Below are positions 18,983 through 27,971 of a stretch of 64,000 nt of DNA, piece by piece. The position numbers and the translations under genes were made by a program. The stretch is from Candidatus Aenigmatarchaeota archaeon. Its GTDB lineage: Archaea > Aenigmatarchaeota > Aenigmatarchaeia > PWEA01. Position 1 is the stretch's first letter; each line of letters starts with the position of its first letter. The notes beneath the pieces were generated by a model. That model made no database searches. It was not told where the DNA came from and was given only the letters and a program-made list of their open reading frames with translations. Location of the stretch: NCBI GenBank assembly GCA_046539325.1, contig JBKHHD010000003.1, positions 843-64,842 of the forward strand, read 5' to 3'.

Positions 18983-19549
18983 CTACTCAGCTGTCTCGTT
19001 GATCGTGGTGTTCGTAGCCTGCTCCTCCTGCATCTGCTGCATGGCCTCCATTTCCTCCGCCCTCTTGTCCATGTTAAAGCCTTCAGGGAAGAGAACTTCA
19101 CCGTCTTTGGTCGCGTAGAGGGACTGTTCCTGTGTACCCGTCATTCCTTCGACCTCTATAACGACTTCGTAGAGACCATACTTCTCGTTCACTTCCTCAG
19201 CCTCTAGATCTTCCATACCTTCTTCTTGGATCAGATATTCGTTTACGAAGTCCATGACTTCATCCGCTGCTTCTTCCTTGGGTACGGTATCTCCTACTTG
19301 CTGTGTACCGAAACCTCCCTGTGCTGCGTATGCAAGTGTTACCACGAGAAGCACTGCAAGTATCCCTGATACAAGCTTCCATGGTCCAACTTCAAACTCC
19401 GTGGTCTTTCTCTTTTCTTCAACTCCTTCGTCTTTTTCCTTTTTTTCCTCGGAGCCATCGTGGACCTGTGCAGTATGTACCTTCAAGCCTCTTTCATTGT
19501 CGAACGTCTTTCCACACTCTTCACATTCAAATTCTTCTGACATGTCCAC
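18983..19549 (-). CDS. C2H2 zinc finger / TM helix / acidic ectodomain protein. Paralog of 16603..17727 without the DsbA domain
   Basis: FECEECGKTFDNERGLKVHTAQVH zinc finger. TM WKLVSGILAVLLVVTLAYAA. Ectodomain alignable to its paralog (LYEV..YATKDGEVL...MD versus LYKV..YATLNGEKL...MD). Confidence 0.6.
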   Translation of the reverse strand: MDMSEEFECEECGKTFDNERGLKVHTAQVHDGSEEKKEKDEGVEEKRKTTEFEVGPWKLVSGILAVLLVVTLAYAAQGGFGTQQVGDTVPKEEAADEVMDFVNEYLIQEEGMEDLEAEEVNEKYGLYEVVIEVEGMTGTQEQSLYATKDGEVLFPEGFNMDKRAEEMEAMQQMQEEQATNTTINETAE

Positions 19550-19639
19550 TAATTAAAAGGCGCACATTTATAAATGTTAGAACCTTCTCGTCTCCAAACT
19601 AATTTAAATCCGGCCTTCCAATGCAACTCTAGGTTCAAG

Positions 19640-20542
19640 ATGTACGATACGGTCATAATAGGAGCCGGGGTCGCAGGGATGACGTCTGCGATATACGCAA
19701 GCAGGAACAAGATGGACTTCGTAGTTCTCAGCAAGAACTTTGCCGGGCAGCTAAACATGGTCGGCGACGTAGAGAACCTTACCTTCTTCACCAAAACAGA
19801 CTGGAAGGAGCTCAGACAGAGACTGCAGAAACAGATAGACTACCATGATATAGATTTCGAAAGGGAGAAGGCAACCAAGGTCATAGATCGTGAAGAGGGA
19901 TTTGAAGTAGAAACGGAACAAAGCTCTTACAGAGGAAAAACCGTGATCATTGCTACGGGAGCCGAACCGAAAAAGCTTTCAGTTCCGGGTGCCGCCGAAC
20001 TGACGAACAAGGGTGTAGAGTACTCTGCGGTTTCAGATGCACCCAGGTTCGAAGGTGAAGACGTCGCAGTTATAGGAGGGGGGAACTCCGCGGCAGAGAC
20101 CGCACATCTTCTCTCCACACATGCCAGTAAGGTCTATATACTCAACATAAACGGCCGCATGGACTGCAAAGGAAAACTGAAAGACAAGATAAAAAACAAC
20201 GGCAACATAGAAACAATCTACAACGCAGAGACCACAGAGATAGTTGGTGAAGAAAAAGTACAGGGTCTCAAGTACAAAAAAGACGGCGAGGAGAAAATAC
20301 TCGATGTAAGAGGTGTATTTCCTGCTATAGGTATGCAGCCTCAGACGGATTTCCTCCGGGGGCTTCTCGACATGGATCCCGAAGGCCATATCATGGTAGA
20401 CAGACACTGCAGGACGTCAATAGATGGAATCTACGCCGCAGGCGACTGTACAAACATACAGAAATACCAGCTCTCGGTCGCAATTGGACATGGGGCAATA
20501 GCCCTGCTCAAAGCTGTGGAACATATTAGAGAGGAACACTGA
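19640..20542 (+). CDS. Thioredoxin-reductase-like flavoprotein lacking the redox-active CxxC
   Basis: MYDTVIIGAGVAGMTSA FAD motif and AVIGGGNSAAETA NAD motif. AVSDAPRF stands where trxB has CATCDAP. The ORF-track start at 19574 adds an implausible N-terminus. Confidence 0.75.
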   Translation: MYDTVIIGAGVAGMTSAIYASRNKMDFVVLSKNFAGQLNMVGDVENLTFFTKTDWKELRQRLQKQIDYHDIDFEREKATKVIDREEGFEVETEQSSYRGKTVIIATGAEPKKLSVPGAAELTNKGVEYSAVSDAPRFEGEDVAVIGGGNSAAETAHLLSTHASKVYILNINGRMDCKGKLKDKIKNNGNIETIYNAETTEIVGEEKVQGLKYKKDGEEKILDVRGVFPAIGMQPQTDFLRGLLDMDPEGHIMVDRHCRTSIDGIYAAGDCTNIQKYQLSVAIGHGAIALLKAVEHIREEH

Positions 20543-20575
20543 AGATACTTTTATCCTCATAAAGAGGTCATAGAT

Positions 20576-21346
20576 ATGATAGACTCGCACTGTCACCTGG
20601 AATCCAAGCAGTTTGACGGAGACAGAGAAGAGGTCATAGAAAAGGCTAAAGATAGAGTAAATGCCATTGTGGACTCTTGCGCAGAAATAAACGAGGCAAA
20701 AGATGTTATAGAACTTCACAGGAACCACAAAGAGTTTGTTTTTCCCAGCGTCGGCCTCCACCCTAAACGCGCCGTAAAGGCTTCGAAACAAGATCTGGAG
20801 GATTATAAAAGTCTTATAAGGAGAAGAAGAAATGAGATAGTCGCAGTGGGTGAAGTGGGCCTTGATCACGCACAGGTAAAACATCCAAAAAGGAGAAAAA
20901 AGGCCAAGGAAATCTTCGCAGACTTCGTAGAACTTTCGAACGACCTCGAACTTCCCGTGGTGGTCCATGCAAGGAACGCAGTGGACGAGGCACTGAGGAT
21001 ACTGAGGAAACATAAGGAAGGGGACGTGGTTTTCCATTGCTTCGCAGGAAACGTGAAACAGTTGAAGGAAGCTCTGGAAGAGGACTACTACATCTCCTTG
21101 GGTGGAATAATTTTTCGGAACGAAAAGAAATACGAGAGGTTAATAGACGTCCTTCCACATGATAACCTTCTCCTGGAGACAGATGCTCCTTACCTAGCAA
21201 GGAAGAAGTCTGATAGATCTGAACCGTGGTTCATATGGGATGTTGCAGAGAAGATAGCAGAAGTCAAGGGAAGGAACTTCCAGAAGGTATGGAAAACTGC
21301 AGGCGAAAACGCGAAGGAAGTCTTCAACCTACCTATAGATATTTAA
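20576..21346 (+). CDS. tatD: TatD-family metal-dependent hydrolase (DNase)
   Basis: MIDSHCHLE N-terminal His motif. Conserved EVGLDH and HCF. Confidence 0.85.
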   Translation: MIDSHCHLESKQFDGDREEVIEKAKDRVNAIVDSCAEINEAKDVIELHRNHKEFVFPSVGLHPKRAVKASKQDLEDYKSLIRRRRNEIVAVGEVGLDHAQVKHPKRRKKAKEIFADFVELSNDLELPVVVHARNAVDEALRILRKHKEGDVVFHCFAGNVKQLKEALEEDYYISLGGIIFRNEKKYERLIDVLPHDNLLLETDAPYLARKKSDRSEPWFIWDVAEKIAEVKGRNFQKVWKTAGENAKEVFNLPIDI

Positions 21347-21379
21347 CTTGAGAAGAATTATTGTAAATGAGATGTTTAT

Positions 21380-21871
21380 ATGGTTTTAAATAAAGTTAGA
21401 GGCGGTTCTTCTAAAAAGAATGATAATAGGGTTGGATTGTTTGTCGACGGCCCGAACATACTGAGGAAGCAGTTTGAGGTAAATCTCGATGAGCTGAGGG
21501 AAAAGGTTTCGGAGTACGGGAGAATAACCAACGCCAAAGTTTTTCTCAACCAGTTTGCCTCTGAAAAGCTGATAGAAGCGGTTGCTTCACAGGGCTTCGA
21601 GCCGATCATTTCGCTGGGCGGTGAACAGGAAGAAGAAGGTAGAAGCGATATAGATGTTGCAATGGCAGTTAATGCTGTAGAGGCCCTGGAGCACGGGCTC
21701 GACGTCATGGTTCTAGTGACAAGGGACGCTGATTTTCTTCCGGTGATACAAAAAGCGAAGAAGGAAGGTGTCCGCGTAATAGTGATGGGCATGGATCCAG
21801 GATTTTCAACAGCATTGAAAAACGCTGCCGACGAAGTCATGGATCTTGAAAAGTTCAAGAAAAAGAACTAG
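21380..21871 (+). CDS. NYN/LabA-like domain protein
   Basis: VGLFVDGPNI...DVMVLVTRDADFLPVIQKAKKEGVRVIVMG is a PIN-like acidic-residue pattern. Confidence 0.6.
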   Translation: MVLNKVRGGSSKKNDNRVGLFVDGPNILRKQFEVNLDELREKVSEYGRITNAKVFLNQFASEKLIEAVASQGFEPIISLGGEQEEEGRSDIDVAMAVNAVEALEHGLDVMVLVTRDADFLPVIQKAKKEGVRVIVMGMDPGFSTALKNAADEVMDLEKFKKKN

Positions 21872-21872
21872 C

Positions 21873-23075
21873 CTACTCTATCTTAAATCTCAGGAAGGCA
21901 GCCACTCCGCCCATTTGGTAGAGCTGCTCTCCTTCACTAGTGTCTGTAGACACTAGCTCAACAGTAGCGCCAGTGTTCTCCGCCTTTTCCTTTATAACAT
22001 CGAAGATAGATTCTTCCTCAATCTCAAGATCTTCGCCACATTCCGGGCATTTCTTCTTCTCAAAACTATCGGCTATCTCTTCCTCTTTGTAGCCACATTC
22101 ACAGGAAGCCTTTGTTCTCTTCTGATCGAGGTCCTCGGAAATCACGGCCTTTTCCACGGCACCCATCTTCAAAGCACGGAATACCTGTTCTATTCCATAA
22201 GCAACCTTACCATCCTCGCGAAGTCTGTCAAAAACATCCTGGACAAGCTCCTTCTCCTCCCTCAGTTCTGTCTCCTTCAGCTCTTCTCTGCTCTTCTTCA
22301 AAAGTTCCTCAAAGCCTTGCTCCCCTGTATAGCTTGTGCTTTTCATGGAAACAATTTTATCCTCAAATGAGCTCGGTAAGTAGCCACCGTCAATAAACTT
22401 CTCCTTGATTGGTCCAGGTCCACCAACTATGAAACCTTTAAGTTCGTCCTCCTTGAAGACCTGCTTCGCTGCTTCGCCTACATCTTTTAGATAGTCCTCA
22501 AGCAGACCTTCCCTTACCCTCTCGAAACGAGCTGCACTCTGTCCACCGGGCTTAGACTTTCCCGGAACAAGGCTGGATATATGCTGCTTCGGAACCACTC
22601 TTTTGCCTTTCAGAACGCCGAGGTCAGCGTCATTGGTATCTATAACTATCATGCCGTACTCCGCGCCCTCCTCCAGCATATCCTTTAAAGGTTCAACCTT
22701 GAACTCCTTGCCGCAGCGATATAGCTTTATCTCCACGGGTTCAAAGGGTTCTATATCCCAGATCTGTATATCTGTCTTTCCCTCCTGCTGAGAAACGTTT
22801 CCACAGAAAACTGCCAGACCGTTGTCAGGTGTCCTTTTGAATTCCTTCAAATGGTCAATCATCTTTGAAAGGGCAGACTTTACATTCTTCCTAGTTCTCT
22901 TTGACTTTATATTACCCGCCTCTGCCTCCTCCTCCCTGAGCTGATTCACTATCTCCTTCAACTCGTAGTCATACGGACAGTATATGGTTATAAGCTCCGT
23001 ACCTCTACCTCTAATGGATTCCAGCTTCTCGACCAGTTCCTTCAGTTTTCTCTTACTGTCAGCCTTTATGACCAT
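21873..23075 (-). CDS. prf1: Peptide chain release factor aRF1
   Basis: GGQ motif KSKPGGQSAARF. eRF1-like three-domain length. C-terminal CxxC...CxxC insertion. Confidence 0.85.
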   Translation of the reverse strand: MVIKADSKRKLKELVEKLESIRGRGTELITIYCPYDYELKEIVNQLREEEAEAGNIKSKRTRKNVKSALSKMIDHLKEFKRTPDNGLAVFCGNVSQQEGKTDIQIWDIEPFEPVEIKLYRCGKEFKVEPLKDMLEEGAEYGMIVIDTNDADLGVLKGKRVVPKQHISSLVPGKSKPGGQSAARFERVREGLLEDYLKDVGEAAKQVFKEDELKGFIVGGPGPIKEKFIDGGYLPSSFEDKIVSMKSTSYTGEQGFEELLKKSREELKETELREEKELVQDVFDRLREDGKVAYGIEQVFRALKMGAVEKAVISEDLDQKRTKASCECGYKEEEIADSFEKKKCPECGEDLEIEEESIFDVIKEKAENTGATVELVSTDTSEGEQLYQMGGVAAFLRFKIE

Positions 23076-23115
23076 AGCGACACCTGTAACTATTAAGAAG
23101 TTAAGCTTAAAAGAA

Positions 23116-25554
23116 CTAAGCCGTTTCGATTTCCTTTATACGGAGCGACTGGTTCTGAACCTCCATTCCTTCATCACAAGGCTCTTCAAATCTAAGCTCC
23201 TCTATATTTATAGTACCTCTGATGACCTCCGACATACTTTCTATTCTTTTCTGGTCATCGCTGTCTGCACATATCTTTACCAAGGAAACTTCCTCGTTGA
23301 GAGGAATTCCCTCATCAGACTTCCACCTTCTTATCTCCTCAATTATATCCTTAGCAATCTCACCCCTTTCCTTCGATTCATCGCTTACAAGCTTTTCATC
23401 GATCACGGGCCAAGAGGTTTCGTTTATACTCCTCACGCCCTCCATCTCCCTGAAAATATTCTGGTATATTTCCTCAGTTATGTGTGGAACAATAGGCATG
23501 AAAACCTTCAGCGAAGCTAGTAGTCCTTGGTAAAGCGTATGAAGTGCTGCCTGCTTGCTTTCCTCTCCATAGTCCTCGGGGTTATAAAGCCTGTGCTTCA
23601 CCATCTCAAGATAGTTGTCACAGAAAACTTCAAGGAAGAAGCTCTCAGTCTTCCTCTTGACCTTGCTGGTTTCGTATTTACGGTAGTGTTCCTTGCAGTC
23701 CTCAAGAACTTCGTTTAGCCTCGTAAGCAACCATCTATCTATATCTTCCAGCTCCAGCTCCCTGTTCTCGAAGTCGTCTAGATGCATCTCCACGAACCGT
23801 GAGGCATTCCACAACTTCGTAAGTATTTTTTCACCTCTCTTCACTTCCTTTTCCTCGTATATTATGTCCTCACCCGTCCCCGTGCTAGCGGCCCAGTACC
23901 GGAGACAGTCAGCTCCTTGATCATTCATTATAGCTTCAGGGCTGACCCCGGTTCCCTTACTCTTGCTCATCCCAACACCTTCCTCCGCGTAAACGTAGCC
24001 GGAGATAACTATATCCTCCCAGGGAATTGAATCATTGTGAAGGTAGGACTTTAGTATGGTGTAGAAGGCCCATGTCCTTATTATATCGTGCGACTGCGGC
24101 CTCATAGACATTGGAAATACTTCATCGAAAAGCTCTTCATCCAACCACCTACCAACGATCTGTGGAGTCATAGAAGAAGTCATCCAGGTGTCCATTACAT
24201 CCCCGTCGCCCTCAAGATCATCCGAACCGCAGTTATCACAGCTCTTATCAGGCTTTTCTTCCCTTGGATCAACGGGCAGGCCTTCTTCGTCAGGAACGAC
24301 AACATTTCCACAGTCCTGACAGTACCAGACTGGCACTGGAACACCGTAGTACCTCTGTCTGGAGATGCACCAGTCCCACTTGAGGTTCTCTACCCAGTCC
24401 TCGTACCTATTTTTGTAGTATTGGGGATACCAGTTTATCTTCCCACCGAGCTCAAGAAGCTCGTTCCTGTACTTAAGTGTCTCGACAAACCACTGCTCCG
24501 TGGTTATGAACTCAACAGGTGTTTCGCAGCGCCAGCAAACGCCAACAGTCTGCTGTATATCCTCCTGATCAAATATTATACCCTCGTTCTTCAGGTCCTG
24601 AATTATTCTTTTCTTCGCTTCTTCTGCCTTAAGACCTTCGTACTTTCCTGCTCTTTTGTTCATCCTGCCCTCTCCGTCTATCGAGATTTTCAAGGGAAGA
24701 TTGTACTGCTTCCACATCTCTACATCAGAGCTATCACCGAAGGTACAGACCATAACTATCCCGGATCCGAACTCCGGATCTACCTCCTCGCTCTCCTTTA
24801 TAGGAACCTCGTACTCAAACAAGGGAACTTTCGCCTTTTTACCAACAAGCTCTCCATACCTTTCGTCGTCAGGATGTACAAATACAGCAACGCAAGAAGG
24901 GAGTAACTCTGGTCTCGTAGTAGCTATCTCTATCTTCTCTCCGTCCTCTAGCTCAAAATACAGGTAGTTTAGCTTTGTATGTCTGTCCTTGTCCTCCACG
25001 GTCGCCTGTGCAAGGCTTGTCTGATGGTAAGGACACCAGAGTATAGGCTCCTCTTTCCTGTAGATATCATCCTGCTTATACAGGTCCAGGAACGATCTCT
25101 GCGAAGTCTTTACTACACGGTCCTCTATAGTCCTGTAAAGTGTCGACCAGTCCCAGGACATTCCAAGTCTTTTGAAGAGTTCGGTCATGCCTTCCTCAAT
25201 CTCTAATGCAGCATTTCTACACTCCTTTCTGAACTCTTCAACTCCTACGTCCTCCACTGTCTTACCTTTCTCCTCTTCAACGTACTTCTCCGTAGGAAGA
25301 CCGTTGTCGTCGTAGCCAGCCGGAAAGAACACGCTGTAGCCCAGAAGGCGCATAGCCCTCGCAATTATCTCAAACTCAGTGTAGTTGTTAGCGTGTCCCA
25401 GGTGAAGCTCTCCAGAGGCTGTAGGCGGTGGAGTATCTATAGAAAAGTTTTCGTTTTCGCTGTTCCTTTCAAACTTGAAAATCTCCCACTCCTGCCATTT
25501 ATCCTGCCACCTTTCTTCGATCTCCTGTGGATCGTAGTTCTTGTCCATTGCCAT
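23116..25554 (-). CDS. valS: Valyl-tRNA synthetase
   Basis: HIGH-type HLGHA. ATTRPELLPSCVAVFVHPDDERY. CWRCETPVE. WCISRQRYYG. DVMDTWMTSS. KMSKS-type GMSKSKGTG. Ile and Leu enzymes were considered and these motifs fit Val best. Confidence 0.8.
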   Translation of the reverse strand: MAMDKNYDPQEIEERWQDKWQEWEIFKFERNSENENFSIDTPPPTASGELHLGHANNYTEFEIIARAMRLLGYSVFFPAGYDDNGLPTEKYVEEEKGKTVEDVGVEEFRKECRNAALEIEEGMTELFKRLGMSWDWSTLYRTIEDRVVKTSQRSFLDLYKQDDIYRKEEPILWCPYHQTSLAQATVEDKDRHTKLNYLYFELEDGEKIEIATTRPELLPSCVAVFVHPDDERYGELVGKKAKVPLFEYEVPIKESEEVDPEFGSGIVMVCTFGDSSDVEMWKQYNLPLKISIDGEGRMNKRAGKYEGLKAEEAKKRIIQDLKNEGIIFDQEDIQQTVGVCWRCETPVEFITTEQWFVETLKYRNELLELGGKINWYPQYYKNRYEDWVENLKWDWCISRQRYYGVPVPVWYCQDCGNVVVPDEEGLPVDPREEKPDKSCDNCGSDDLEGDGDVMDTWMTSSMTPQIVGRWLDEELFDEVFPMSMRPQSHDIIRTWAFYTILKSYLHNDSIPWEDIVISGYVYAEEGVGMSKSKGTGVSPEAIMNDQGADCLRYWAASTGTGEDIIYEEKEVKRGEKILTKLWNASRFVEMHLDDFENRELELEDIDRWLLTRLNEVLEDCKEHYRKYETSKVKRKTESFFLEVFCDNYLEMVKHRLYNPEDYGEESKQAALHTLYQGLLASLKVFMPIVPHITEEIYQNIFREMEGVRSINETSWPVIDEKLVSDESKERGEIAKDIIEEIRRWKSDEGIPLNEEVSLVKICADSDDQKRIESMSEVIRGTINIEELRFEEPCDEGMEVQNQSLRIKEIETA

Positions 25555-25647
25555 TCTACCACTAAAACATAAGATTAATTGGAACGTATATTTTTAAATC
25601 TCATAGGTGGAAGAGAAAAGAAAAAATAAGGGGGTTCCCTGGCAATC

Positions 25648-26322
25648 TCATCCTCTCTTCTCTTTGAACTCTTCGGCGTACTCCTCGGCCATGTCGTGAA
25701 CTACGTCCTTGAGACCAAGTCCCATTGCTACAGCTATACCGAGGCCTAAAGCACCTGCAAGGATGAAGATTACTCCCTGAAGGATCACAGCCGGCTGACC
25801 TAAAGCTACTCCGAAGAAGATGTCCAGTCCAAGTACTATACCGAAGAACATCGCTAGGTAGAAAACTACCTTCCCAGAGAGGTCAGCGTACGAAGTACCT
25901 TCTTCGTCATCCTCGATAAGGCCTTCCTTGAAGTAGATTCCTATCATGTAAGCCACGAGGATCACAATTCCAGCACCAACTATACCACCGATTCCAGGAA
26001 GTATATTGGCAAACAAGAAGTCACTGATCACTTCGACCTGAAGAACATTGACAGCCTCTGAGATGAATACAATGTAGATTATCCATCTTGCCACTGTGTC
26101 AAACAGTGAACTGGCCTTAAAGTTCAGGTGTCCCTTTTCCTTAATGTACTTGTCAACATCTGCTCTGACTAAGATCTCTCTTATAACTTTTCCAACTACT
26201 CTGCCAATAATCCAACCTATCACGAGAACAATCAAGAAGCCTACGAAGTTTCCTATGTTTCCCGTGAAAGATTGCCAGAGATTTTGGAGAACGGCCTGTG
26301 TGTCTCCAATAGCTGCTTCCAT
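25648..26322 (-). CDS. Membrane protein with repeated conserved-TM-helix units (MscS-related TM_helix-like repeats)
   Basis: Three similar Gly-rich TM units (NFVGFLIVLVIGWIIGRVVGKVI, GIGGIVGAGIVILVAYMIGIYFKEGL, ILAGALGLGIAVAMGLGLKD). Confidence 0.45.
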   Translation of the reverse strand: MEAAIGDTQAVLQNLWQSFTGNIGNFVGFLIVLVIGWIIGRVVGKVIREILVRADVDKYIKEKGHLNFKASSLFDTVARWIIYIVFISEAVNVLQVEVISDFLFANILPGIGGIVGAGIVILVAYMIGIYFKEGLIEDDEEGTSYADLSGKVVFYLAMFFGIVLGLDIFFGVALGQPAVILQGVIFILAGALGLGIAVAMGLGLKDVVHDMAEEYAEEFKEKRG

Positions 26323-26382
26323 GTTTAGGTTATTACAACTTATCCTTTATAAAGCTTCCACAGAGGATAGCTATTAAGAAAT

Positions 26383-26850
26383 TTACTTGTAGCCTCTGAT
26401 ATTTATCTCGTCGCTCTCCCAGCCACAGTGTCTGCAGTTAAGCCTGATGTGGTAGTTCGTGTGGTCACCAGCGAACTCAGTCCAGAGATGCTCAACGCCT
26501 TTTGAAGAAGTTCTACCGCAACAAGGACAGTCAAATTCAATTAGCCAGTTATTCGTGAACTCCTTAAGGTGTATTTTACCTTCTTCACTTTCTTCAGTTA
26601 TATGCCAGCCATCAGGACCATGCACTGTCCTAGCTTTCTGGGCTCTTCTCGAGCTACTTCTGTCTCCTTCAGACTTCCTCCTGACCTTGATTTTTCCTAT
26701 ATCCGAAGTTCTTTTATCCTTAGTTCTAGCTCCACCGGCCCTTTGAGAACTGCAAAGGGTACTTTCAATTCTACTAAGCCTTCTCTCTATCCTATCTAGG
26801 CGTGTTTCTCTTCCCCTCAAAACATCCATCAGATATTTAAACGGCATCAT
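26383..26850 (-). CDS. Basic, Arg/Lys-rich protein with a C-terminal zinc ribbon. Putative nucleic-acid binding
   Basis: N-terminal coiled basic stretch RLDRIERRLSRIESTL...RTKDKRTSDIGKIKVRRKS...SSSRRAQKAR. CPCCGRT...CRHCGWE. Confidence 0.5.
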   Translation of the reverse strand: MMPFKYLMDVLRGRETRLDRIERRLSRIESTLCSSQRAGGARTKDKRTSDIGKIKVRRKSEGDRSSSRRAQKARTVHGPDGWHITEESEEGKIHLKEFTNNWLIEFDCPCCGRTSSKGVEHLWTEFAGDHTNYHIRLNCRHCGWESDEINIRGYK

Positions 26851-26902
26851 AGTTTACTTTATGGGCAAAGGATAAATATCTTTTCCCGGTTTAGCCCTTT
26901 CA

Positions 26903-26994
26903 GGGCCGGTAGTGTAGCCTGGACTATCATTCCAGCCCGGGGAAGTCACTCCGGAACGCTGGCAACCCGTGTTCAAATCACGGCCGGCCCACCA
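26903..26994 (+). tRNA. tRNA-Pro (anticodon GGG) with a ~14-nt intron at 37/38. CCA encoded
   Basis: Acceptor GGGCCGG/CCGGCCC. T-arm CCGTG-TTCAAAT-CACGG. Anticodon stem CCAGC/GCTGG. Loop CCGGGG[intron AAGTCACTCCGGAA]C. Body nearly identical to tRNA-Pro(TGG) at 41709. Confidence 0.6.
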
Positions 26995-27008
26995 TTTAAA
27001 TTCTCTCC

Positions 27009-27410
27009 ATGTTCAATACTGTACTAGATACCATGGAAATTAGGATCGAGATCAACGGCGAAGGGTTCGAAGGAAAAATAAATGAGAACATGAACCCGGA
27101 AACCGTAGAAGCAATAACCGAAGAGCTTCCTCTTGAAGGCGAAGCTCAGAAATGGGGCGACGAGTTCTTCTTTGAGATCCCCGTGAACGTCGAAGAGGAA
27201 AATCCGAAGAGATACGTGACTAAGGGTGAAATAGGTTACTGGCCTGCGGGAAACGCCTTCTGTATATTCTACGGGAAGACGCCAGGAAGCCTGAGCGAGG
27301 AAAGAATAAAGCCTGCCTCGCCTGTCAACGTGATAGGAGAAATAGAAAATCCTGAAGAACTGAAGAAGTTCGACGAAGGCGTGGAGATAAGAGTCTCCGA
27401 AACAGAGTAA
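27009..27410 (+). CDS. Hypothetical protein, possibly cyclophilin-like fold
   Basis: 133 aa. GEIGYWPAGNAFCIFYG motif. No secure family assignment. Confidence 0.45.
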   Translation: MFNTVLDTMEIRIEINGEGFEGKINENMNPETVEAITEELPLEGEAQKWGDEFFFEIPVNVEEENPKRYVTKGEIGYWPAGNAFCIFYGKTPGSLSEERIKPASPVNVIGEIENPEELKKFDEGVEIRVSETE

Positions 27411-27452
27411 TTGGACGGGTCTCAGCCTACTGCCATCTCCAATAAAAAAATA

Positions 27453-27971
27453 TTAAAGTAGTTCCAAGGCCAGGTCTTTTCCTCCATGTCTATTCTTACT
27501 TGCATCAATGAATTTTTCTGTCTCCTCGGGCCCAAAGGCAACTGTGTGGACTTTCTTGATAACATCTTCGGCGAAACTCAACCAGGAATCTTTGCTTTCA
27601 TATTCCCCTACCTCATATAGCTCCTTCAAATCTATGTTGATGGGCCAGCCTTCCTCTATGAGATTCTCAATCATCTTTTTGCCACGGCAGTCGTAGGGCT
27701 CGCAGATCTTTGGTCTCGCGATGCTGTATCCCTGACAACGCTGCTCATCATCAAGAAGAATACAGTTACCATCTCCATCAGATTTGAGGTAGTTTTCTTC
27801 CCCCGTCCCTTCATCAAAAAAGATTTCCTCGTATTCCTTGTTGAGGCCTTCCAGCAGCTTCTCTGCTTCTTTCCTCTTAAGAGAAAAACCTTCAACGCAA
27901 CAGTATCCACATCCAGGGATGCACGTATAGATCGGTTCGTCGTTCTCTTCCATAGACTTACCTTCAACCAA
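27453..27971 (-). CDS. YkgJ/UPF0153-type CxxCxxCC Fe/Zn-chelating domain protein
   Basis: CIPGCGYCC followed by distal Cys (CILLDDEQRCQGY...CEPYDC). Confidence 0.55.
   Translation of the reverse strand: MVEGKSMEENDEPIYTCIPGCGYCCVEGFSLKRKEAEKLLEGLNKEYEEIFFDEGTGEENYLKSDGDGNCILLDDEQRCQGYSIARPKICEPYDCRGKKMIENLIEEGWPINIDLKELYEVGEYESKDSWLSFAEDVIKKVHTVAFGPEETEKFIDASKNRHGGKDLALELL

Noticed and set aside
24088-24906. 272-aa plus-strand ORF inside valS
   Set aside because: Antisense to ValRS. No motifs. Hydrophobic, low-complexity composition
23116-25554. IleRS or LeuRS identity for the 812-aa class I synthetase
   Set aside because: ATTRPE..AVFVHPDDERY, CWRCETP, DVMDTWMTSS and KMSKSKG fit ValRS better. 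The length is also ValRS-like
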